From: Mobula hypostoma
Taxonomy: Eukaryota
Assembly: GCF_963921235.1 (NCBI RefSeq)
Contig: NC_086097.1
Location: 20,462,001-20,526,000 of the forward strand
Length of the DNA stretch: 64,000 bases
Reading direction: 5' to 3'
Every line of letters starts with the position of its first letter. The first letter of the stretch is position 1. Shown piece by piece: positions 41,701 to 53,700 of the stretch. The translations under genes were made by a program, and so were the position numbers. Under the pieces are notes generated by a model. That model had not been told where the DNA came from. It saw only the letters and a list, made by a program, of their open reading frames with translations, and made no database searches.

Positions 41701-44700
41701 ATTTAGACCAGACTGGATTTATTCAACAAAGATAAACACAGGACAACATAAGGAGAACTCTGCACATATTAGAACAGGTTAATAAGAACTAGACAGAGAC
41801 AATGGTAGTAGGATTGGACGCTGAGAAAGCTTTTGATTCGGTTAGTTGGGCATTCCTATACAGAGTGTTAGGAAGATTCGGCTTTCAAGAAAGGTTTATT
41901 AAAGTAATTCAGACTCTGTATGACAGCCCAACAGCCCGAATTAAGATAAATGGGGACCTCTCTGACTCCTTCATTTTAGAGAGAGGCACTAGACAGGGAT
42001 GCCCAATTTCTCCTCTCCTTTTTGCGCTATATATTGAACCACTTGCCCAACTAATAAGACAAAGCGAAATCGTAAAAGGTATCAAGGTGGCAGGGATTGA
42101 ACAGAAAGTGGCGTTATTCGCAGATGATGTTTTGGTTTATCTGAGTGAACCAGAAAAATCATTTATAGGATTGTTTACACTGTTGGATGACTTTGGGAAA
42201 ATATCAGGTTATAAAATAAATGTAAAGAAAACGCAGGTTATGTCCCTAAATTATACACCATCCAAAAAATTGCAGGATACATACGATCTTAAGTGGGAAG
42301 CTAAATCATTAAAATATTTAGGAATAACCCTGCCAAAAGATCTTTCAACACTGTCACGGGTAAATTATGGGCCATTAATCTCAGAGATAAAAGCAGATAT
42401 GCATAGATGGAATCTTATCCCCTTTTTAAGTTTAAATTCAAGGATAAATACTATAAAAATGAATATTCTTCCTCGGTTATTATATCTTTTCCGTACTTTA
42501 CCAGTGGAGGTGGATGATAATCAATTCAGGGAATGGGACAAATGGATTTCCCGCTTCATTTGGCAAGGAAGGAAACCTAGAATTCGATATAACACCTTAC
42601 AGTTAGGGAAGGAAAGAGGAGGTATGGTTCTTCCTTGCCTGAGAAATTATTTTTATGCCTCACAGATAACCCCTCTGTTATATTGGTGTAATAGGGAATA
42701 CAAGGCTAGATGGAAGGAAATAGAATTTGGATTAGTTGACAGTTTTCCTCTTCAGGCCTCAATAGCTGACAAAGGATTGATGGCCCAGTTGGAAAAATTT
42801 AATAATGCTTGGATAAATCTTACATTAAAAGTATGGCAGAAGGTGGTTAATTCATGTGGAATTAATAACATGTTAAAACTCTTTAGATGGTGTGCATATG
42901 ATACCGAATTCCTTCCCAACAGAGGAGATAAAAGATTTGAGCTATGGATAAAGAAAGGTCTTACAACCTACCTCTCATTTATAGATAAAAGAGTATTACA
43001 AAGTTTCCAAATCCTGCAGGACAAACATGGCCTAGAACATAATGACTTTTTTAGGTACCTTCAAATACGAAACTATGTTAACCAGAGTTGTAGATATACA
43101 GACCTATCAACAGTAGAATTAGAATTTTTCAAGATTCTGAATTCGGCTTGCAGTTCAATACCTAGTAAATCAGTTTCTCGCCTATATAATGCACTCTCCC
43201 ATGCTAAAAATGTAAATACACTGTATATTAAAGAGAAGTGGGAGAAAGAAGCGGGGTTGGTACTTTCAGAGGAGGCTTGGGGGAAAATCTGCAGCTTTCA
43301 ATGGTCCTCGACTAATTCTTTGACTTGGAGAGAACATTGTTGGAAAAACATTATAAGATACTTCAAGACCCCATATCAGGAAAAATATAAAGATACAAAT
43401 GTGATGTGTTGGAGAAGGTGCGGCTCCAAGGAGGCAAATCATTTTCATATTTTCTGGGATTGCCCTAAATTAAGTCTATTTTGGGAAGGTATTCATAGAA
43501 CATTAGTTAAGGTACTTAGGTCCCAGATACCTCTGAACTTTGAGACGCTCTATTTGGGGCATGTATTGTTCCTTGAACAGAAGGAAGATATAAAGTTGCT
43601 GCAGGCCCTCTTAGCGGCAAGTAAGAAATCAATCACTAGAAAATGGCTAAATCCAATACCACCTACATTAGAAGATTGGTACGAAATTATCTTGGAAATA
43701 TTTAAAATGGAAAAGTTGACCTACTCCCTGAGAACTCAAAAAGAAACATTTTATCAAATCTGGAATAAATGGATTGAATATATAACCCCAATGCGAGCAG
43801 ACTTTAGATGACTCTCCTAATGATTTATATTGCTCTTCTCATCAACACAGTAATATTGCTAACGTAAGCACCCCTAGTCTAAATGTTTGTTGTTTTTTTT
43901 TGGAAAATGGAGAATTAACACAAGTAAAGGGAAAGATTTGGGAAAGGGATAAAAAAAATGAAAAAATTAAGTACATAGGGATTGGATTATTATGTCTGTG
44001 GGCAGGAACAAGCACGAACAAATTGGGATATAAACACCTACAATGGTTGGTATATAGGCTTGTATGCAACATTTTGGACCAGTGCAAATGGTCCAGAAGG
44101 GTTGTATGGAAACTATTATTACCATTTTTCTTAACAACTAATTTCATTACTTAGCCTAATAGGTTAGATTTACCACAGTACATAATTATCTATTTAAATG
44201 TTTATTTTGCTTTTATATCATCTCAATGTGTACTTAAGAATGTATAAATAATTGTAGTTTTATACATATAAAAAAATGGAAAAGGTTATATGTGTGAAAA
44301 AAGTACATGATAATTGTGAACTCCTTATCCAAATAAAAATAAAATTAAAAAAAAAGAATGGAGGTTTAGCTTTACCAAATTTTAGGTTTTATTACTGGGC
44401 AGCTAATATACAGAATCTCACGTTTTGGTTATACTATATAAATCACAAGGACTGTCCCAGGTGGGTTTCTTTCGAAGCTAACTCGGTTAATAAATTTTCT
44501 CTCATCTTCCTACTGGGATCTTCATTTCCTTTATCCTTAAGTAAGATAACTGAAAATGTAGTAGTCAAACATACTTTGAGGATTTGGATACTATTTAGAA
44601 AACACTTTGGTTTATTGAGATTCTCCCTTTCTAGTCCCTTTTTTTAAAAAATTATTTTTTTAAGCCTCTATGACTGATGTAGTCTTTAAACAAAGGGAAA

Positions 44701-47700
44701 GATTGGGCATTACATGCTTCCGGGATCTGTTTGTGGGAGGAAGTCTTTCTTCATTTGAACAATTGTCAACTAAATATAGTTTACCAAAAACCCTTTTTTT
44801 CCAGTACTTACAAATTAGAGATGTTCTACAATCTCAATTATATACACTTCCTAATAGACTTGATAAGAACGTATTACATGAAATTCTTAATATGAAACCA
44901 TTTTATAATGGTTCAATATCCAATATTTATGATATGTTGTTGGGAATGAGAAATGATTCTTTAGACAAGATTAAAAATCTTTGGGAACAAGATATTACAG
45001 ACTAATTTCTGAAGAAACTTGGAATGAGATTTTTAAATTGGTTAATACTTCATCGCTATGTGCTCGTCATTCCCTCCTACAATCTGAAGTGGTTCATAGG
45101 GCTTATACGACCAAGGATAGGTTATTTCGTTTTTATAGGGATATATCTTCCTGCTGTGATAGGTGTAACAATGGAGAATCTTCACTTATTCATATGTTTT
45201 GGATGTGCCCAAGTCATGGAAAATATTGGAAGGAAGTATTCCAAACTTTTTCTGCACTCTTTAAAGTGAATTTTAAGCCTAATCCTTTGACTGCCCTATT
45301 TGGTATTGTTGGAAGGAAAGATATCATTTTGAAGACATCTGATCTGCACATTCTGACTTTTATCTCGCTTACGGCTAGGAGGGTGCTTTTGTTTAAATGG
45401 AAGGATGATATTCCGCCTAATCATGCTCAGTGGTTACGGGATGTTATGGCATGCCTAAATTTAGAAAAGATTCATTGTTCAATTTCTGAATCTAACCAAG
45501 ATTTTCGAAATTTGTGGGGGCTGTTTTTAAACTATTTTCTTAATCTTTGACTCTTTGTTAAAGTACAGAAGTTGGTTAATAGTATATTTTATTATCTGAT
45601 AAGTTTTTTTTTCTCTCCTCCCCCCCCCCCACAAACAGCTTTGACTTTGGTAGTGGGTGTAGATCCTTTTTTTAAAAAATAAAATTGCTTACATTCTAAT
45701 ATATGAATTAATCTAATCCATTTGAATATAGAGTAAGGAGTTCGTTAATGTGATTCAAACTGTATCTGGTATTATTATATTTTTTGTTTTATAATATGTA
45801 TTCTCTTGAACTCTTGTATTCTTCTATATAGAAATCAATAAAAAATATTGGAAGAGAACTTCCAGGAAAACTGGTACAACTGATGGATTGGGTCAACACA
45901 TCTCTGATTACCACTTCTCAGGTAGAAGAAACTGAACTGACACAAGTTAAAAGGCACGTAGAAGATGGGTGACCAAATAGTGTGCATGAAACTGTGCCAC
46001 CCCATGCCAGACGTTAAACAAGCTTAGTATCTACAACAGTTGTCTACTGTGGGGAAGTTGTATTGCTAATTCCTACACGATTACAGTCCCCTATCCTGGA
46101 ATTTACATTGTGCACATCCAGGAATACCACAAATGAAAGCGCTAGCCCAGATTGTGTTTGGTGGCTGAAAACTGATGAAGACATTGAGCACATTGTTCGT
46201 GCATGTAACCCATGCCAGCAGTTTCAACCTTTAAATACTCCCATACCTATGGCTCCATGACAATGGCCCACCAAAGTGTGGAGATATTTACATGTAGACT
46301 ATGCAGGTCCATCTGACAGTCACATGCTGCTGGTAGTCGATGTGCATTCTAAATAGATCAAGGCCGGTGAAGACTTCGACTAGCCAAACGACAAACACTT
46401 TATGCACATTATTTTGTACACATGGAATCCCCAATACTGTGGTCTGAGATAATGGTCACTAAACTACTATTACAAGACAACAGAGTTCATGTTGCAGCAT
46501 AACCCCCTTATCACCGATCATCAAACGGTATGGCTGAAAGAATTGTTCAGACTGTCAAGTGGGGATACAAATGTTCAATGGTGACCTACACACCAGGATA
46601 AACCAGTTTTCGTTTGGGTACTGAATAACCCCACAAACTACCACAGCTGAGCTACTGATGGGCTGCAGGTTGCGTTCCCGATTGAATTTACGCACCCAGA
46701 GATTGGAACCTTGCAGTGGGAGATCCAGTTTATGTTTGCCCAAACCCTGAGAGCCGAAGGTGGATGGAAGGAGAAGTTGTGGTGAAAGAGGACCGACAAG
46801 GTACTTCAGCACTTGAAGATGGTAGTGTATGCTGCTGACATCTAGACTACATCAGGAGAGGGCCAAGTGAATCTCTCATTCCAGAACGAGCTAGTGAACA
46901 AGACAGGTTAGCCCTGCAAACTATTGAAGCAGAATCCCCAGTTGAAAGCACAGAATCCAGACCAACACTTGATCCTGGGGCTTCTGGACTGCGTCAATCA
47001 GAACAGACCAGAAAACCAGTGGAATACTATCAAGCTGGTTTCACTTAAAAACTTGCAGGTGGAGAGAGGTCCTATCCACCATGTGACTGTAATTGGTCTC
47101 ACGTGACATCATGTGATCAGTTGATTTTGTGGGCTTGTCCATCTGTCAATTAAAGTTTGACCTACTAATCCTGTGTGTGAGAAAGAGTTCATTGTTTCCA
47201 GGTGACTAGGAGTCAAGCAGACTATTTGGCTACACTGTACACAATAAATGTTCTGTTCCAACCTCCAGGTTCTTTCTGAATTGCAACAGAAACCACAACT
47301 TAACAATTGACTCCAACATCTTCCCAACCACTGAGGTCAGACTAACTGACCTATAACTTCCTTTCTCCTGCATCTCTCCTTTCTTGAAGAATGAAGTGGT
47401 ATTTGCAATTTACCAGTCCTTCAGAACCATGCCAGAATCAATTGATTCTTGAAAGATCATTACTAATGCCTGCACAATCTCTTCATCCACCTCTTTCAGA
47501 ATACTGGGGTATACTCCATCTGGTCCAGGTGACTTATCTACCTCCACACTTTTCAGTTTCACCAAGCACCTTCTCCTTAGTAATGGCAACTTCGCTCACT
47601 TCTGCCTCGACACTCTTGAACATCCACCATACTGCTAGTGTCTTCCACAGTAAAGACTGAAGCAAAACATTTATTCAGTTCGCCCGCCATTTCCTTCTCC

Positions 47701-50700
47701 ATTACTACTTCTCCAGGCATCATTTTCCAGTGGTCCAAATCTACTCTGCCCTCTTTTACACAACATACTTGAAGAACTTTTTTTTGGTATCTTAACTATT
47801 GACTGGTTTAGCTTCTTATTCCATCTTTTCCTTCTTTACGACTTCAGTTATTTTTCTGTTGGTTTTGAAAGGCTTCCCAATTCTCAATTTTCCACTAATT
47901 TTTGTTCTATTATATGCCGTCTCCTATGGCTTTTATGTTGGCCTTGACTAATCTTGTTATCCATGGTTGCGTCAACCTGCCTTTAGAATATTACTTCTTT
48001 GGGATGTACAGGTGTCCCCTGCTTTTTGACCGTTCGCTTTACCAAACCTCACTATTACGAAAAAAGGCAGCGCGCGCCCCAAGCAGCCAAGCTCCTCCCC
48101 CTGAACTGCATTCTAGCCGGCATGGCTTAAACACGTGCCTGTGAGCAGCTGTTTGCAAGATGAGTTCTAAGGTATCGGAAAAGCCTAAAAGAGCTCGTAA
48201 GGGTGTTACACTTAGCATAAAACTAGACATAATTAAGCATTTCGATCGTGGTGAACGAAGCAAGGACAAAGTGAGTTTGGCTTGTGGAAGTTGACGAAGA
48301 TGATGTTGAAGGGGTTCTGGCATCCCATGACCAAGAACTGATAGATGAAGAGCTGATTCAATTGGAAGAGGAAAGGATAACAATCAAAACCGAATGCAGT
48401 AGCAAATGGACTGAAAGCGAAGTTGTCCAGGAAATGAACGTGAAGCAACTGCGTGAGATTTTCGCTGCAATGATAAAGTACGGCTTTAATTTTGAAAGGG
48501 TACGTCCGTTTAGGGCATATTTGCAAGATGGTTTGAGTGCTTACAAAGAACTGTATGATAGAAAAATGCACGAGGCTAAGCAGTCAAGCAAGCCTTCGAC
48601 ATCAGCCACAGCAGACGACGAACCTTGACCTTCAACATCGAGGCAGGCAGACATAGAAGATGACCTGCCTGCCCTGATGGAAACAGATGTCGATGAGATG
48701 ACGCCCCAGTGACCCACCACGCCAACCCCTGGGTTGCAGACCGATACATTGAGGAGAATGCAGCGGTAGCCGGGACGCACCCAGCACATCTTTAAGAAAA
48801 AAGCCAAAATAAACAAGCTAATTAATTAGGTGCTGCCTGGCATGTAATTAATTAGCTTGTTTATTTCGGCCTTTTTCTTAAAGATGTGCTGGGTGCGTCC
48901 CGGCTACTGCAGCACTCTTCGTGGATCTGTATCGGTTGCTGCCTGGAGGTTGGGGGCCACTGCACCACCCCATCCTCCGACGATTCAGTCTAACACACCA
49001 GCATCAGTGTGGTCGGTGCTGTCTTCCCAATTCTGGTAAGTGAAACTACACTCTACATACCTTATTTCTACTTTATATAGGCTGTGGACTTTTATGTGTT
49101 ATTTGGTATGATTTGGCAGCTTCATAGCTTAAAGGTTACTGGAGAGTGTGCTTCTGCCGAGAGCACCTGCGTGAGATTTTCGCTATGGAGAACAGTGTGG
49201 CAATGATTGTAGAGAAATATTTCTACTTTATATAGGCTGTGTATTTATCATATCATTCCTGCTTTTACTATATGTTACTGTTATTTTAGGTTTTACGTGT
49301 TATTTGGCATGATTTGGTAGGTTATTTTTGGGTCTGCGAACGCTCACAAATTTTCCCCATATAAATAAATGGTAATTGCTTCTTCGTTTTACGACATTCC
49401 GGCTTACGAACTGTTTCATAGAAACACTCTACCTTCGGATGGCGGGGAAAACCTGTATCTAACATGCACCTTCTAACTGCTCCCAGAAACTCCAGCTATT
49501 GCTGTGCTGCCGTCAGTCCAGTTAACTGTTCCCTTCCAATCAACTTCAGACAGCTCCTCTGTCTCCCAATGGTTCCTTTACCTTAAGCTCCCAAGTCAAA
49601 TCTGGTTCATTACCTGACACCTAATCCAGAATCGCTTTTCTCGTGGTAGGTTCAACCCTAAGCTGCTTTAAAAAGCCATCCTGTAGACACTCTACAAATT
49701 CCCTCTTGGGATCCAGCACCAAACTGATTTTCCCAATCTATCTGCATATTGAAATCCCCATGATCATCATAACATTGCCCTTTTGACATTATCTAAACAT
49801 TCCTCATTCCTGCAACTAAGGTAAGAAAAATAAAATCAATGATCCAAAGCAAATTAAAAACAACATATTTCCAGAGTAAGTGACCATTTGACTTGCATTA
49901 AAAAAAAACTAGCACAGGCACAGCATTACCCCTTTTACTCCAAAAATAAGGAACTTACGTCCACTTCATCAATGTCATTTTCATCTGAGAGATTTGGTAT
50001 CTCCACAGTTCCATTATACTTAACTCCAGTTTTTGAAGTTCCTACAACAGATGAATACAGGATAGAAAGTTATACAGTAAAACTAATCTGCTGACTTCAA
50101 AAACCCCTAATGGTTCCAAAGGACCTCATACCCTTCCAGCTCACTGGGTTTGCTGTAAAATTATATTAATATGTAACATCCAAAAAGGTGAATTAAAAAT
50201 ATAGTGAATAATGCAAATAACATGCAATTGTCCAGAAAATATCCAGCCAGGCATGAAAGTTCTGGAACATGATAGGTTATATTTATTGCATGCATCAATT
50301 AGTACTAATTTCAAGCATGGAGTTAATAGAAGGCAAGTGGGCTAGATTTCTTAGATTTACTGATTTTCCATTTAATTAGTGAACAATCAGACCAGCTCTT
50401 TCATACTCCACTTTGGATTTAATAATCCCCTTTTTCAAAGCATAGTAACAAGGATTCAGTCTTTCAGATGAATTAAGCAAAAACTGACAACATGCTTGCC
50501 TTGGATGACAACTAGTTTTACATTAAAGTGCCTTTAAAAAGTTTTCATCCCCCCCCCCAAGAAGTTTTCATGTTTTATTGCTTTACAACATTGAATCAGT
50601 GGATTTAATTTGGCTTTTATTGATTCTGATCAACAGAAAAAAAAAACTCGCATGAAATCTCAGCTAGAGTTTGCCAGAAAGCATGTGGGAGCTTCTGAAG

Positions 50701-53700
50701 TCAGCTGGAAGAAGTTGCTATGGTGTGATGAAGCCAAAATTTAGCATTTGGTGTAAGCCAAACACTGCACATCAAGAACACATCATCCCTACCGTGAAGC
50801 ATGGTGGTGGCAGCAGGCCCTGGAAGGCTTGTGAAGGTGGAGGGTAAAATTGATGCAGCAAATCCTGGAGGAAAACCTGATGCAGTCTGCAAGAGAAATG
50901 CAACTTGGGAGAAGATTTCTCTTCCAGCAAGACCATGACCCTAAGCACAAAGCCAAAGCTAACCAGGAATGGCTTAAAAATAAGTTAATGTCCTGGTGTG
51001 GCCAAGTCAAAAGTTCAGACCTCAATCCAACTGAGAATTTGTGGCTGGACTTGGAAAGGGCTATTCACTCACGATCCCCATGCAATCTGGCAGAGCTTGA
51101 GCAGCTTTATAAAGAATGGGGGAAAAAAAATTGTGTCCAGATACGCAAAACTGATAGAAACCTATCCACGCAGACTCAAGGCTGCAATTGCTGCCAAAGG
51201 TACAACTACTAAATTCTGACTTGAAGGGGGTGAGTAATTTGTAAACAATTATTTTGCGTTATAACTGCAATAAATTTAGACCAATTTGTAGAAATTTGCT
51301 TTCACTTTGACACAAAAGTATCTTTGTTGATCAGTGTCAAAAAAGCCAAATTAAATCCACTGCAATTCAATGCTGTAAAACAATAAAACATGAAAACTTG
51401 AGGCGAATACTTTTTATAGGCACTGTGCCTAGATTACTTAATCATTCCTTTTTTTTTGTTCTTCAGCAAAATCAAAAACATTTTTTTAGCAAACCAGATT
51501 TTCTAATTGTGTACCCTGTTCACTTACAAAATCTTCTGTTAACCCCGCCATTTCCACCCCCCCCTCAATTCCCCACTAGAAAACACTTGGCATTTACTCA
51601 TCTCCAATTGATCTGGGGGAGTTGCCTATTTTCATGCCAAAACACTTGACTCTTCATCTATAATTTGTGAAAGCTAAATTAAACAAATTCATGCCCATAC
51701 TGCTTGGTACTGAAGGCACAGGCTGACATACCAAGCATGGTTGCAATCAAGCTTGCTTATTCAGTTGACACCCAAAGAACCATTCCCCAGTCTAAAATTA
51801 AGATTGCTTAAAGGAGTGCGTCTTAAAGGTGCTACATTGGCTTAGGGTACTTCCTGGTTTTGTACCAAAAAAAAGTAAAAACCTTGGAACTGGGAACAGA
51901 ATTGTTTTTTTAGGATGCAAGTGGGAAAACAGGACATTCAAGGACAAGAGGCATGTTAAATCAGTTTCAGTTACACATGTTTGAAATAAATGAACTAATG
52001 TGGCTGAAATGCGCATCTCCTTAATTAAAAAAAAATGCTGGTGAATGCAGCAGGCCAGGCAGCATCTATAGGAAGAGGTACAGTCGACGTTTCGGGCCGA
52101 GACCCTTCGTCAGGACTAACTGAAAGAAGAGATGGTAAGAGATTTGAAAGTGGGAGGGGGAGGCAGGCTCCCCCTCCCACTTTCAATTCTCTTACCGTCT
52201 CTTCTTTCAGTTAGTCCTGACGAAGGGTCTCGGCCCGAAACGTCGACTGTACCTCTTCCTATAGATGCTGCCTGACCTGCTGCGTTCACCAGCATGTTTT
52301 GTGTGTGTTGCTTGAAATTCCAGCATCTGCAGATTTCATTGTGTTCATTCCTTAATTTCTTCGATATTACATCACAGATTTGAGTCATCAAATATTCAGA
52401 AGGCATACAATATCAGTTATGTAATTAAATAATTGACCAATTTGATACCTACATTCTTGCACAATAGAGAATATGAATTCAAGACAACTTCTCTCAAAGG
52501 TGGACTGGCATCAATTCAGAGGTCATGACTGAATTTTTCTATGCCGCAATAGGCTTGCCACTCAAAAACTCAAGGACCTTAGGTGAAATGTATCAATTTT
52601 TGGTTTTGCATACTCACCTCTCCATGATAAGTGAATATTCCATTCAAAGAAGAAAATCAATTTTCCTTTTCTGTTGTTGATTGAGGCTTCTCCATCACTC
52701 TTGGTCACCTCTGTGACTTTGCACACTCCCTCGTCATTCTCTACACTGACTGCCAGCAACAGTGATTTAAGTTTATCTACTGACCAATTTGAGGCATCTC
52801 TCTCTGTCCTGCAGAAGAAGATTTATTATACTTAATTGATTTTATTACCTCTATGAGATCACCCACTCAGTTTCTTATGGTCCAAAGAATAAATGCCCTC
52901 TTCTTTTTAAAAAAAACACCTTACTCTTAACATTTCTCTTATCTCAATCCCTCAAGTCCTGGCAACACTTGTAACTCTTCCTTTTCACCCTCCATCATTT
53001 AATCACATCCTTCCTAAAAGCACTGACCAAAACAGAACACAATACTCCAAGTGTGGCCTTACAGATGCTTGTACAATTGCAAGATAGCACCTGACTTCTA
53101 TTCAATGCCCTTACTGAAGGCCAGATTGCCAGAAGTCGTCTTCATTGGCTGGTCTACCTGTGACCCCACTACAAGGGAACTATGCACCAGTACAACAGTA
53201 CATTCTATAAAAGCACCCAGGGTCTTTCCATTCAATGTGGAAGTCCTACCTTTATCAGTTCTTCCAAACTACATTTTACACTTAATCAAATTCAATTTGC
53301 TGTTCCTTAGCCCACTTAACAGTGAATTATGATCCCGCTACACTAGAAATGTTGATCACAAACACTCAAGGACTCGAACACTTTGGTCATGGGGAATGAA
53401 TAAGCTGGTCATAGTTGAGAATAAGGGGAGACAAGGGGTGATCCATGATAAAAGTTTATAAAATTATGAGAAAAGGACAGGTTAAATGATTGAAAACATT
53501 CTCATAATGAGGATATAAAAAACAAAGGGCACAGTTTTAAATTACATACCTCTCATCTTGAAAGGGGACTTGAAGGGAAATGGATAGGAAACATTTAAAG
53601 GAATATGGGCCAAATGGAAATCAGGGAAGCAGCTAGGTTGGCATGAATACTTTGCCAAAGAGTCCATGTTATATAACCATGACAATTTAAAAAAATTAAA

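Larger units (their letters stand above)
38550..44350 (+). mobile_element. Young, near-intact full-length L1-clade LINE (about 5.8 kb)
   Basis: 17-bp TSD aaaaagaatggaggttt at 38533-38549 and 44351-44367 at a TT/AAAA site; 5' UTR, ORF1, ORF2, 3' UTR with AATAAA and an A-rich tail. Confidence 0.96.
33962..45854 (+). mobile_element. Older full-length L1-clade LINE (decayed ORF1 34064-34896; ORF2 about 35500-45550, interrupted twice)
   Basis: ORF1 [60 protein letters not shown]-terminal CDRC...HMFWMC. 12-bp TSD agaacttccagg at 33950-33961 and 45855-45866. Confidence 0.93.
31700..47288 (+). mobile_element. Degenerate Gypsy LTR retrotransposon (gag-pol about 31700-33961, integrase and 3' LTR 45855-47288), split by an L1
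   Basis: gag remnants ([14 protein letters not shown]; zinc knuckle [14 protein letters not shown] at about 32221), RT ([12 protein letters not shown]), RNase H ([19 protein letters not shown]), integrase ([38 protein letters not shown]). PPT at about 47057-47069; LTR-like 47070-47288 with AATAAA and terminal CA. No 5' LTR seen. Confidence 0.88.
52027..52348. mobile_element. Penelope pLTR fold-back palindrome (arms 52035-52162 and 52168-52295) carrying two hammerhead motifs
   Basis: 128-nt arms with about 4 mismatches and a 5-nt loop (gcagg); 9-bp TSD tccttaatt at 52018-52026 and 52349-52357. Confidence 0.92.

Noticed and set aside
41733..41792. Programmed readthrough or split-ORF2 strategy in the young L1
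   Set aside because: Both stops lie within conserved RT-proximal sequence and are most simply point mutations (e.g. CAA>TAA).
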